A stretch of DNA of 59,208 nt, the filler included, from Sphacelaria rigidula (taxonomy: Eukaryota), in NCBI GenBank assembly GCA_964200075.2. It is 10 parts of 10 records of this genome, joined end to end, with 100 filler letters (N's around TTAATTAATTAA, not from the genome) between each part and the next. Parts side by side here need not be neighbours in the genome. Positions count along the whole stretch, not along the records: positions 23,725 to 29,555 come from CAXNAA020024122.1; positions 29,656 to 35,486 come from CAXNAA020024123.1; positions 35,587 to 41,417 come from CAXNAA020024124.1; 7 more parts are not named here. The stretch is one strand, 5' to 3'. The position numbers and the translations under genes are program-made. The notes below the pieces were generated by a model. It was given only the letters and a program-made list of their open reading frames with translations, did no database searches and had not been told where the DNA came from. Within the stretch, counting starts at the first letter, position 1. Each line of letters starts with the position of its first letter. This document shows positions 26,785 through 38,612 of the stretch, in pieces.

Positions 26785-27521
26785 CTGGAACGCACAAGGG
26801 AACGGAAACATACACACATACACAAAAGGGAAAATCGATGAAGTCATAATTTTCAAGTACTGCTTCCTGCACGATCCGGCAGTGACAGCGCCGGACCAGA
26901 GACAGGTACCCGGCTCCGACACTACAGTGTTTTTTACCATTGGGGCCGAAATTCGATTACTTGTTGCAAGAAACAGTACATGTCGTAAATAATTCGAACT
27001 ACCGAGCTCATACTTCGGGGGTGGAGCATCTTTGCCGAACTCACGTCAGTTGGGATATGTGAAGTCCATCGCTCATGCGCATCACGACTGAGGTATTAAA
27101 ACGCCTGGGGCGGCGTGGTTCGTTCTCAACGTTGCGGTATAGTGCCACGATGACCGAGGGAAGAATTGACGTGTCAGCCATGGGGATGGCGCGCTGCCCT
27201 GGCTATGCGACTACGGTGGGCAGCACTTCATGCATCTCGTCGCATGAACTACACACGCCACAGGTTACCCGGAAAAGCACAATCGTGGCAAATGAGGACC
27301 AGCGAGGTATCCATGGCCAGTGTCGTTGAATCCTGCCATGTAGTCACGCGTGTACGGCAAACTTGCGGACAGTCGCACTGATCTCTCACGCACCATACCG
27401 TAAAACAGACATCTTGCACAACCGACTGCACACCCGCTACGAGATGACTGCCTCCACATATGCTCCACACTCTCTAGCGAAACAGCACTGCTCTCGAAGA
27501 CGGCAACAGAAGAAAACTCAC

Positions 27522-28028
27522 CGCGTCCACAAGACCCTGATATTGGAGCGTTACCACCGGTGGCTCCGCCCCACAGCGCCCAGTAGGGCATCGCACAGCG
27601 CTGCTGTGAATAGCTGTTCCCTTCACACCTCCAATAGCCAACCCTCCTAATCCCCCCTGTTGATTCGCCCCGGTCCCCCCCGCCCCGCCTTTGACAAACC
27701 CTGCACGCAAAACTTGGCTCAGAATCCCGCCCTTCACTCGCCCGCTTTCTGTTGCTCCGACAGCACTTCCCGCAGGTGTCCCTGCACTACTACCAAACGT
27801 CCCCGAGGCTTGAAGAGCCTGCGTTTGTAAGCGCGTCTTGACGACATCCAACGGGTTGGTGGCGACGGCGGCCACCGCACCGGCACCGCTGCCGGCCAGT
27901 AAGAAAGTCTGCGTGTCGAAGTCGCCCGCTGGCCGCATCGCTTGCTTGAGGCTCTCGTTGACCGCTACCATCACACACCCGTACGGGATATTCATGAACA
28001 GTGTAGTCGGGAAGCTCCGATAGAATGC
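27522..28028 (-). CDS. MFRN: Penultimate exon of the mitoferrin-type carrier
   Basis: ttag|GCA acceptor and GCG|gtgagt donor, 169 codons: AFYRSFPTTLFMNIPYG...NESLK...NPLDVVKTRLQTQ (SLC25 PxDxxKxR signature)...YQGLVDA. Splices in frame to 26784. Upstream exons were not found. Confidence 0.9.
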
Positions 28029-28405
28029 CTAATTTTACGCCCGAATAAAATTCAGAAGGATACGAAGAGATTGACGCATGTAGAGGTTGTTAGGTCGAGT
28101 ATGTTGGTACGGCGGGTGCTCTTCATGTACTGCATGCCTTACCTGTCTCATCAGTGCACACGTCTCCTCCACGAAGGGAAGCTGCTTTGGAGGTGGGAGA
28201 AGGATCACGTTCGAAGAGAGAGCTGTTCGCGCTGACCGAGTTGACGTCAGCCTGACCTCCACCTACACGCAACGCTATTCGCCAACCTGGATCAATCGAT
28301 GTCTACACAACCGGAACGTGACTTGGACTTGCACCTCAACCTTAGATACGCATGGAAGAGTGAATATACTTGCCCGAACAAAGCGCCTCAAGAGACCTGC
28401 CGGAA

Positions 28406-28657
28406 GATTTCGCCGGACTAACAGCTCATGGGCGGGATATGGGTTATGGGACACAACTCAGCCCACCAACGAGGTACAAGGGTAAGCTGACTACAACGAT
28501 ATTTCACACTCCGACAACGTATGGCCAGTAGGATTTCGCCGGACTAACAGCTCATGGGCGGGATATGGGTTATGGGACACAACTCAGCCCACCAACGAGG
28601 TACAAGGGTAAGCTGACTACAACGACATTTCACACTCCGACAACGTATGGCCAGTAG
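28406..28657. repeat. Tandem duplication, 2 x 126 bp, upstream of the mitoferrin exon (probably intronic)
   Basis: gatttcgccggactaacagc...gtatggccagtag twice, with one substitution. Confidence 0.95.
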
Positions 28658-31190
28658 ATACAGTAGACAAAATGTACTGGATAAAGTACAGACATATTGA
28701 CACTCAACACTATAATCGACCGACTATGGTGTCAATAGGTCCATACTTTACCAAGTACATTTTGTTGTCTGTTACATCTTCCGACCCCATATATATTCAT
28801 CAATGGTGTACAATAATAGCAACGGGGACACACGGTTTACACGTCGAACCAATCCGAGTCATACGGTCGTCGTTTGAATCCAAGTCTACTCGTTTCAAAT
28901 AATCGTGAGCGAACGTTCAAGGTGGTCGAACCACACGAGCCAGACTTATCCGCATTTTCCCAAATCAGCAGCATGACGAACTCATCTTCGTTTTTTAATT
29001 AGTTGCATGCCTCGACACAAAATCGAAGCCCATGTGCTGAGTTGGTCGTGACAAACTCACTTGAGCTCAGGGATGTAGCAACCCAGAAGACACGTTTTCG
29101 AGTGTTTCGTTACCCATCAGGTGTCTTACGAATCCAGCTGACCGCGTAGACGAATCCTCGAATCAAAGGATTTTGGTAAAACACCATGCTACAACTGCTA
29201 TGGGGGTGAATGAAGGCCTCCCCGACAAAAAATCCGGGGCCCACGAAAAAGAAAATGAATGCGGACGGATATTGAAGACGTATTGAAGACGTCATAGACT
29301 GGTCGGACCTGTGCCGAACCTATGCCGAAAATGACACAGGCTCCATCCCAAGTCACCCAGGTGTAGTATGCGACAGATGTAAGTTTTTTCATCGCAATCA
29401 TCTCAAGACAGGAAGCACAGCGGCCTCTGGAACTTCACAGCCCCCAGCACACACGCTAGACCTATACAGCAGCGCAAGCAGATTTGCTCCATTCGCCACA
29501 GGGGATCCAAAAAGTCCCAGAACGTTGCAGGAAACGCGTTTTTCAGAACATCTTGNNNNNNNNNNNNNNNNNNNNNNNNNNNNNNNNNNNNNNNNNNNNT
29601 TAATTAATTAANNNNNNNNNNNNNNNNNNNNNNNNNNNNNNNNNNNNNNNNNNNNAGAAAAACTCAGAAAAAAGGACAACTACGAATTCTGAAAACTTCT
29701 GATGCTGACTACTGTACGAGCAAGGCTACGACAGATGTAGCCTACAAAAATGGCGCAACAGTACAGCAGCAGTCGTAACAGACTGTCGTGGCTGGGATGG
29801 ACTGGAGGGCATATATGGGCATATATGGTCGATGGACGCAGGCGCGCGAGATATTTATGTCGTACTCAATGTTAGGCTACAGTATTCCCGACGATCATTG
29901 TTCAGCATAAATGCATATGCAGCGGGATGTACAGTGCAGCATGCCGCGAATTCCATGAGTTCTAGCGCAGTGCTGTATGCTACGTTTACCATGCTCGAAA
30001 CATCAGTAGCAGTTGTCGGTACGGTCTATGCTGACCATATTTTTGACGTTTCGAGCAAGGCCACTCCACTTACTGTACGGCCCACATGATATCAGCCCTC
30101 ACATTCTTAGAAAATTTTGTCGGCATTTGTCAGATTACGGGGGGCTTTTGATAGTTCAGGTATATCCTTCCTTTCCCCCTTTGACAAGATCGAGAGCTTG
30201 AAGACCTTGCCGCATCAAACGCGAGGGGTGTTATACTTCGTAATTTTACTATCTTGTAGCTGTGTACAGGAAGTCTGTAATGTTATAACGGCCAGGAAGA
30301 CAAGGCTGTCTGCAACGACAACAGTGCAGCAGTACAGTACAGTATCGATACTGTCTGTATTCCTGGAACCCTATCCAGTAGGACAACTGACAGAAAATCG
30401 CAACCACGACTGACACTAGCGGTGCAAACACGAATTGCCTTGAATGCCACAGCACAGGCATCCTGCCCAGACCGGCCATTTTGATGAGCTCTATATTCTT
30501 ACAGTAAGACAACCCAAGAGAACGAGACAGTACACTTGTACCAACAAATTTTGACAAACACTACTATAATAACGAGACGTTAGCCGACGAAAACCTCTGG
30601 CTATGTCAGGAAAATACCCCCGACTAACCTTGGAGAAATCACGAGAAAGAAGACGGCTTGCTGTAACCTACCCCTGCTGGCGCCTGTCACTCCACGCCGG
30701 ACGGCAAAGGTGTTATCAGTGGACCCTGCCTTCCCAGCAATCCATCGTGGAAAGGTGTTCTCAAATACATTCAATGATGTATCGCGTAAGATGTTGTCAT
30801 AATGTACGTATAGTCGCATCGTCACCGCCACCCCATGCCTAATGATATGCATACTAGAATAAACGTGTACAATGCAATACTTGGATTTATTGCAAATTAG
30901 ACATTTGTTTTATCTGCAAACAATATATACCTGATAAACAGGACAGGGATCCCTCATCATATTTGATTCCGAAGATCACAACACGCAAATGCTGCTGCGC
31001 CTGTGGCAAACGGGAACTGATGGTGGTATGAGATCTCTCAATTCCAATGCTGTGATGATCCTGGGGAAGACAGGACCAGGTTCCATACTGATCTTGTTCA
31101 AGGACAGCACGCACACCACGACTTGGTAATTGATCGAGTGGTAATAAGAAAGGGGATCGAATGAAACAGGATTAACTGCCGTGCTTTACG

Positions 31191-31818
31191 ATGGATCATC
31201 ATCGCGGAAGCAGCAGGGGCAGCCGTCAACGACATCACGACGACTACCCTCGACAACGTTCGCGAGATACTTGCAGAGACCGGGACTGGAGAGAAAGAGA
31301 TCGGGATTCGAGAGGTAGAGACCGGGATTCGAGGGATAGAGGCAGAGTTTCCAGAGACAGGAGCGGCCAATCACACGGAAGAGAGAGGAGCAGCCAGACG
31401 AACGGGAACGGGAGAGACAGGAGCAGCCGAAGGTGTCGATTTTACGAACCGTGATGGTGGTATTTACGAACCGTGAATGGGTGATTGGTGATATGCACTC
31501 TGCAACCCACTCCAGCAGGAGAGAACCAGGAACACGAGGGACAGGGACAGAAACAAAGCAGTCCGGTACAGCCAGCCACATCTGGGCTCGGGACAAACCA
31601 ACTGACGCGCGCTCTTTTTTTTTTTTTTATCGCGGGATATACCGTCGTGTTGTTGCTGTTGCGTTTGTTTCGCTGCGTGCGGCAAATATGGTTGTCTTGA
31701 ATTTTTTCGGACAGATACGATGATGATCGTGATGCCCGTCGCGACGGGGGCAGTTACCATCGCGACGCCTATCGCGATCGCGATGCTCATGGGGGGGAGG
31801 CAGTCGACACTGTCCCAG
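31191..31818 (+). CDS. Putative first two exons (31191-31432, 31715-31818) of an Arg/Asp/Ser-rich protein
   Basis: MDHHRGSSRG...RDRDSRGRDRDSRDR...SR, then AG|gt...acag|A continues in frame as YDDDRDARRDGGSYHRDAYRDRDAHGG...G|gtatgt. RD/RS dipeptides are typical of splicing or RNA-binding proteins; no folded domain is visible. Confidence 0.55.
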
Positions 31819-33189
31819 GTATGTACTAATGACGTGAATATACTTGAAAGTGCAGTACGGTGCAGTGCGATGTAATGCTTAGTTCGAGGAGTGTGGATCT
31901 TGACGCGGTAAGACTTTGAACACTTGTATGTTTTACCGGTACCGTTTTTTAAGTATTACCGATAACGTGGGTGTGCGAAACCCCCAGTCTGCTTTTTTTG
32001 GGTGTACGTCGACGCATCAGCTGGGATCACATGGAGGGTCAACACAGGGGCTTGTATTGTGGTGCCTCTGTTGAATAATGATGAGTGTGCGGCATGTTTT
32101 GAGCGTGTGCCTTGTGTGGTTTCAGGTTTCAATGGCAGCCTGTCGAACCGACTGCACTACACGGGCTGGTCCGAGCTCAAAGCGACCGAAAAATATCATG
32201 GGATTTTGAGGTTCAGGCGAGGATCTGTCGAGAGAAGAAAATCGGACACGGAGGCCCTCCCCCTTGCCGGAGGGCATCTTTTCGAAAATTGTCATGATTT
32301 TTTACACTTTTTTTTGCGATTTCTTTGTAATTTTTTTCAACATTTTTTGTTGAAATTGTTGAAAAAAGTTGATCAACATACCCCGACAAAGACCGAAAAT
32401 GCTGGCGGACTTTGCGAGGTTCGTATATTTGCTTCTGCTCCTTGCCCGCCCTGTCCCGATGACTTCGGATGCCAGCAACACTCACACACATCTATGTACA
32501 ATACACGAGCGCACGGTAGCGACAGCCTGTGGCCAAAGTAGCAACACTATCTCATGCCTCGCCAATTTTTCCCGGACCTTGGGGTAATTGTAGTCGAGGC
32601 ACACGACACGGAACATGATCTCATAAATGTAGGGGCGGTGTGTCTGTCATCTCAGCGGTCTCCATGCCAAGGATCCCTGTATAAGGTACACGGCAGCTGA
32701 CCGCACCCGCCAACGTCTCGGCAATAAACAAGGGGACAGCAGGCTGTCCCCCCCCATTTTTTTCAATTCGACACATCATCGTGGCTCTCCATCCTAATTT
32801 TCAAATCACAATTATAATAATTGAGCTAGAAATTGAGATAAGGCTACTTCTTATGTATAAAAAACACGTGATCAGAAAGGCCGTTTTTCAACAGCATGTT
32901 TTTTCACAGAATTTTTCACGGTAGTCCTTCTTACGTGATCGACGCACTATCAACATTGAAAACGCAGTGTTCATCGTTTTCTAAAAGGTGTGCAGGCATA
33001 ATTTCAAATCCTGGGGGGCGCGAGAGAAACGCAGCACTCTGCTGTTCTGTCGTAGTGTACGATCCGCACTGACTACTGTTGTCTGTACTACTGTGATACA
33101 TTGCCTGAGCAATACATGGTGGGCTGCGTGACGCAAGACGATCAATAAGAACACCGCCTTGCTGTACCAACTGCCTGAAAAAGTGACGA

Positions 33190-33700
33190 TTGTGTTTTTT
33201 CACTACACTGTAGTACTTGACTGAAAGGACAGTACACACAACAGTACACACAACAGTGCTGTATTGTATGCATTGGTTGTTGTACTACAAGGGTAGCACT
33301 TTTCATAGTCTCGTGTGTACGGTAAGTACGGTCCTGTGTGCACGAGGCCTGAGTGCTTAGGCAGTTTGTGCTGCAAAGCGACGTCTGTTCGCAACACGCT
33401 GCATGCACAGATCTGAACTGAGCTGCAAGTTCGCTGCACTGTAGTACTCGGGTTGTACGGGCAGCACGGACAACAGTACAGATACTACTGTTGTGTTGTA
33501 TGCCTCGGATGTACTATAGTAGTAGCACTACCTATCTTATGGTCTTGTGTGTACTGTCGGTCCGATCTTGTCTCTACAAGGCTTTGGTGCGGGGGCCGTC
33601 TGTAAGGCATTGCGACGGGTGTTCCCAAGACGCTGCGTACACAGATCTGAACTGAGCTACAATATTACACGGACGTGATACAGCATGGACTGTCGTGTCT
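33190..33700. repeat. Diverged tandem duplication (~240-bp units)
   Basis: Repeated cactgtagtact...acaacagtac...cacagatctgaactgagct blocks. Confidence 0.6.
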
Positions 33701-35067
33701 GTAGAGCAGTCGTCATCGACCCTACCCTCTCCTGTTCCCATAGAGTAAAAGGCCACCACGCTACTGGCGAGCAAAGAACAACGATGCAACACACTGAATG
33801 CCCGCGAGCACCAGCGACAGTAGTAGTAGGGATGGCAGCAAAGCCATCACAGGTGCTGTCGTGGGCTGTAGGGTGTGTTCAAACGCTCTTTCGATAACAT
33901 TTTTCGATAGCCCGAGGTCATCGGAAAGAAATCCTGATTTTCTGATTACTGTAGGCTATCGGAAAATGTTATCGGAAAAATTTCTATCAGAAAACGCGTT
34001 TTCTGATCACACAATAAGTGGGTTATTGTTTTTTTTTTACCGAAGAAGTAGCCTAGGGCCGAAGAGCAATGTTCATTTCTCCTCCAAATTCCACTAAAGA
34101 CACGAAATAAAATGAACAAAAATGAAGTAAAACGATAAAAAGGTTGAAAGCTATTTTATTATTTTGTTATGCACCAGCGGTTCTTTATATGAAATTTCAC
34201 AGCACAACTCTCGAACATTGAGACGCGATATCCAGATCTAGGGCATCTAGTGTCTCTGCTCGTAATATATTGGTTCTAGTACGGAATATTATGTGCGCCA
34301 TATCCAGATTACGAATTAGGTGCAGGTGAGGGTATATATCGTCTCCCCGTGATCCAGGGAAGGTCCACACCAAAAATCGTTATCATCCGCTGAATGTATC
34401 ATTTGGGGTTTCATATAGCTTTTAGTGTGGACGCTATCTCCGTACGGTATAAATAGGAACTACTAGACATGAGGTTTAATCAACAAGAAAATATTGGCCC
34501 AGATTTCTGAGCAGATGTGCACCTTCCTCTTGATTAGACGATTTCGATTCATGCGATGTGCGGATCACGGCCCAACTCGTCTGTGTCGATGAGATATTGC
34601 TTTAACCCTTTTGGGACTGAAGCTCACTAATATCACGTTCACGACGTGTCAGTAAAATGATAGTAAACAAGCCTGGGAGCAACCTGTCCAATCAGGGTGA
34701 GGCGAAATTTATCGACCACATCAGAACGACCAGTGTGGGGGGGGGGGGGGCTGTTGCCGGAGTGATGCCACTGCAAAGATGGTGTACCCTGTCCCTGGCC
34801 CACAAAAATGCTTTCGAAGCAAAAGATAGCCCACGTTGTCGGGGCTCGTATTCCCGAATTTTTATCATTTGCTTGCATTTTATGTAGGCCCGACCTCCCA
34901 TCCCCCGAATTTTTGTTGGGTCACCATCCTGTAGCAAACCCTAGTTGATAACACTAACATGTAGTGCTCGGGGGAAATCCGGGAATAAATGTACACTATA
35001 TATGTGGCCATGTTCACAAGGCGACTGAATCTGGCAACGCCGTAGGACAAGAGACGGAGCTAGAAGC

Positions 35068-35486
35068 ATGAGTTCTGCGTGTCCCTCTGCCGAAGCGGTA
35101 CAAGCGGCGATGAGGTCGTATGTAGTCGACGGTAACAAACTTGTTGTGTATAGGCAGCTGATCTCTGTCGCGGAGAACTGCCCAGAACATGTGAGGGAGT
35201 ATGCAGCGACAGCTGCTGCGATACTTCATTCGAAGAGGCGTACTGTACTGTATCTGCGGCGCAGCATCCATGAATTCGAAGTAAATTTGCCGCTTGCAAC
35301 AAAGCGGGAAATCAAGGCCCACCCCGACCACAAAGGGCTGTGTGGCAAGGTGATGGGGACAAACGTATCATCCAAAGCCACAAGTGGCGGGCGGCGGTTG
35401 CCACATCCTGTTGAAAGCTCTCCACCGCGACTGATACTGCTTGATACATCTCCACCGCGACTGATGCCTGATAGTACAGACAGTCT
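35068..35486 (+). CDS. Possible hypothetical protein, cut by the contig end
   Basis: ATG-initiated open frame of ~139 codons with plausible composition; no recognised motif. Confidence 0.25.
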
Positions 35487-35586
35487 NNNNNNNNNNNNNN
35501 NNNNNNNNNNNNNNNNNNNNNNNNNNNNNNTTAATTAATTAANNNNNNNNNNNNNNNNNNNNNNNNNNNNNNNNNNNNNNNNNNNN

Positions 35587-36500
35587 GGAGGGCCGCGCAT
35601 ACCCCCAAATTCCTCCGGAGGGGTGCGCGGCCCTCCAGGTCGGTAGTGTTTGGTTCCTCCAGAGGAATTGAAGGCCTCGAGAGAGACATGTTTTGCCTCT
35701 GGAGGACCGCGCATCCCTCCGGAGGCATTTTGGGGCAAAGGTATTTTGGGGGGTAGCCAAATGGCCGCGTGTGTCCTGCGTTTGACCCCGGCTGAATCGC
35801 CCACCTATATGCATACCGAAAGGTGTAGACTGGCCTCCAGAATAATATTAGATGGGATGATTACACCTACACACACACAAACAGACACGCACGCACCGAC
35901 GTACACACAAACAGACACGCACGCACCGACGTCGAGAATAGTACAAGTATTCAGCAGCCCGGGGCAACGATGAAAATTGAAATTTGCGTTCTGCCTGCAC
36001 AAGCATTTTGCCCGAAAAAAGGGTATTCTTGCCGAGTTCTGACTGAGAAATTGACTTTATATTGGATACGTGGCGAAAGTCAGGTACTATAGGTTCCGCT
36101 CAATAATAGGGAGTGTATCTCTCTGTGTGTGTCACCCGTGAGCATTTGACCATACCCCCAAATTCCTGCAACGCGGTTAACTTTTTCGAGTCCCCGGAGG
36201 AATTAGACACCTACCGAATGATGCGCAGCCCCCCGGAGAATTGTGTGGCTCTCCAGAGGAATATTTTTTGGCTTTCTCCAGAGGGATTGAACGGATTAAA
36301 CGCCTCCGGAGACTTGTTTTTGCCTCAGGATCGACGGCCGCGCATATCCCTCTGGAGGCATGTTTCTATGCCCAAATTCGCCCGGAGGGATGCGCTGCCC
36401 TCCAGGGCGGTAGTGTTTGGTTTTGCCTCTGGAGGGCCGCGCATTACCCTCCGGAGGCATTTTCGGGGGTTACCAAATATGCGATGGTAGACTGGCCGCA
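35587..36500. repeat. GC-rich repeat array with internal hairpins, like DNA-transposon subterminal repeats
   Basis: GGAGGGCCGCGCA...TGCGCGGCCCTCC inverted pair at 35587-35637; related blocks recur at ~36320-36500; 30-bp tandem duplication at ~35872-35931. Confidence 0.65.
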
Positions 36501-37592
36501 TTTGAACGAAAAAGGGTTCTGCGCACGCGAGGAGCACAGGGGAAGGGACTGTCAGCCCCAACAAAGATCTGATTCTGGTTGTTGACATTCAAATCAAGTA
36601 CCAACCATGAGTAGATTGGAGCCCTACCGCGGTAAATTCTGCAGGCACTGTGCTTATGTTCTGTTCGTACCAAAAAGTATCGTACTTTCTGTACTTTCTG
36701 TACATGGTATACATGTTTCCATGAGTTGTCACAACATAATGGTACAGTCCACCAGTATGCCAGTTGTACTGCTACTACGCCGCCGCTGGGAACAATATTT
36801 CATTGCATGTACTACTACTACTGAAGCGACGATACGTGAGTCCTCATCCCCACTGAACAGTGAACGGGAAATCCTAAATCTTTTGACGGTCAACTCACAA
36901 ATACAAAACGCAAAGTGGTTGCTGCTGCAAGTAGTTGCTGCTACAGCACTCGAGAAGTAACAGAAGAACAAAAGGCATGTGGCTATTGCCTATAGTGTTT
37001 GGAGACGAGCGCAGCAGTCCGCGTGAAGCGGTTTTACAGACGGGCTCGGCAAAGCTCGGTCGAAGGGAGATATTTGTACAACATGAGATCGTCTGTGGGC
37101 TGACCAACGTCTGAAAAAAATAGTGGGCACCTGAATTCAAATTTTCAAATTCACGTTTGTTCATTGGCTAAAAACAAACCACGTGCAATGACGTCATTAA
37201 CTCTTTGTGGCATGCACCATGCTACAGCAGCAGTTGCAAGACAGGGAGAATACAGAAAAATTAGGTATTATTCTATAAATGAGAAACCTGCATGTATGTT
37301 TTGCGATATTCTTTTCCCAGTAGATCGACCGAGGAAACCCAAACCCAACCGAGGAATCTGACTCATCCAGACCCGCCATTTGTCCCAACCCACAAGCTGT
37401 GCAAGCGTACAGCATCTGTGGAAGTTGGGCAGGTCACTACTAGACACCAACGCACTTCGATTGTGTTCGTCGCCAACCCAACTACTCCAATAGTCCACGT
37501 GATTTACCTTCGCTGATTTCTCCGACTGCCAGTCGTTGCGTCGTCGCCTCTGGCCAGCCAATTCGAGGCGAGACTACAACCATCTGACCCGC

Positions 37593-38612
37593 ATGGTCAT
37601 AATGGGCACACCGGCATCTCCTCTCACCCGCGACGTGGCGAATAATACAATCAAACCGATTACAACAACTTCAGCACGGCAACCGTCCTCCACGACGTAT
37701 GCACCGGTGGCTTGGTTATCAACAGGGGCTACAATGTCCACCGGAGCTAATATCAAACAGTCCTCGCCGTGCCTCTGTGATGACGGCAAGCAGCAGCACG
37801 AGAAACAGCACACACGGCAGGTACGATTTGCACCAAACCTCACCACGGCGGTCTGGTTCGCGGACTCCAACTACGACCGAAGGTCCATTGTAGTGGATTT
37901 GAGCAAGACACCCTTCGCGCTCTTCCGTAAGGACGCCGTGCTCATGGCTAAGCCTACAGAGGTAGCCCCTGCTGCTGTGGCCGCCGCCGCGCCACGAGTG
38001 TTCGCAGATGTTGCCAGAGCCTCTGCCACCCCCTGCGGAACTCTATCCCAGCAGCGGGTCTCCCCAGAAGAGGTTGAGTTCACCCCCCTGGCTATCCAAA
38101 GAACATCGATGGCAACAACCACAGCAGCTGCTCCCGAAGGCACTGTTGCTGCTATGACGACAAGTTATGGTGGCGAATTGGCTTCATCGAGAGTCGAGGC
38201 GGCGGCGGTAGCAGTGGTCCCTGTAGGCGTTGCGACAACGGGGAGTCGATCGCGCTCCCAGTCCGGGGATTCATGGGACTCCGAAGAGTCCGATTCGGCG
38301 GTGACCGACTCAGAGGTGCTGAGCGATGTATCACATTGTGATTCGGAGACTGGCCTCGATGGGTTGGGGGAAGATGCAGAGCGGCGGAGTGAAGAGCCAG
38401 CATTTTTTGGAGTATGGAAGCGGGAGAGCTCGGAGGGTTATGAAGAGCTATTACTTAGTGCTGGGGTGCCAAAGCGTGCGGCGGCTGTTGCGTTGAAGAA
38501 GCATCCCCTGCATATTATCGATCACGATGGGACGTATTTTCGGCTCATCGTGAAAAACGGGCTATCGAAGGACCAAGACAACACCTTCTTCATCGGTGAT
38601 GAACCACGAGAG
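37593..38612 (+). CDS. Large exon encoding an RVxF/YDRR PP1-docking-like motif, a disordered linker and the N-terminal part of a FABP/iLBP-like beta-barrel
   Basis: 340 open codons from ATG 37593 to a GAG|gtgaag donor. RQVRFAPNLTTAVWFADSNYDRR at ~37815-37883; AFFGVWKRESSEGYEELLLSAGVP...IIDHDGTYFRLIVKNG...NTFFIGDEPRE at 38400-38612 (GxWK..SS.(N/G)(F/Y)EE...GV pattern). Confidence 0.75.

Noticed and set aside
29050..29170. Upstream mitoferrin exon (gtgagt donor near 29060)
   Set aside because: The translation lacks the expected PxDxxKQR carrier motif.
32127..32211. Third exon of the RD-rich gene
   Set aside because: Phase is compatible, but the peptide is unrecognisable and runs into repeat-like sequence.
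26626..38612. Functional clustering of mitoferrin, the RD-rich gene and the FABP-like gene
   Set aside because: They lie on different, unlinked contigs.
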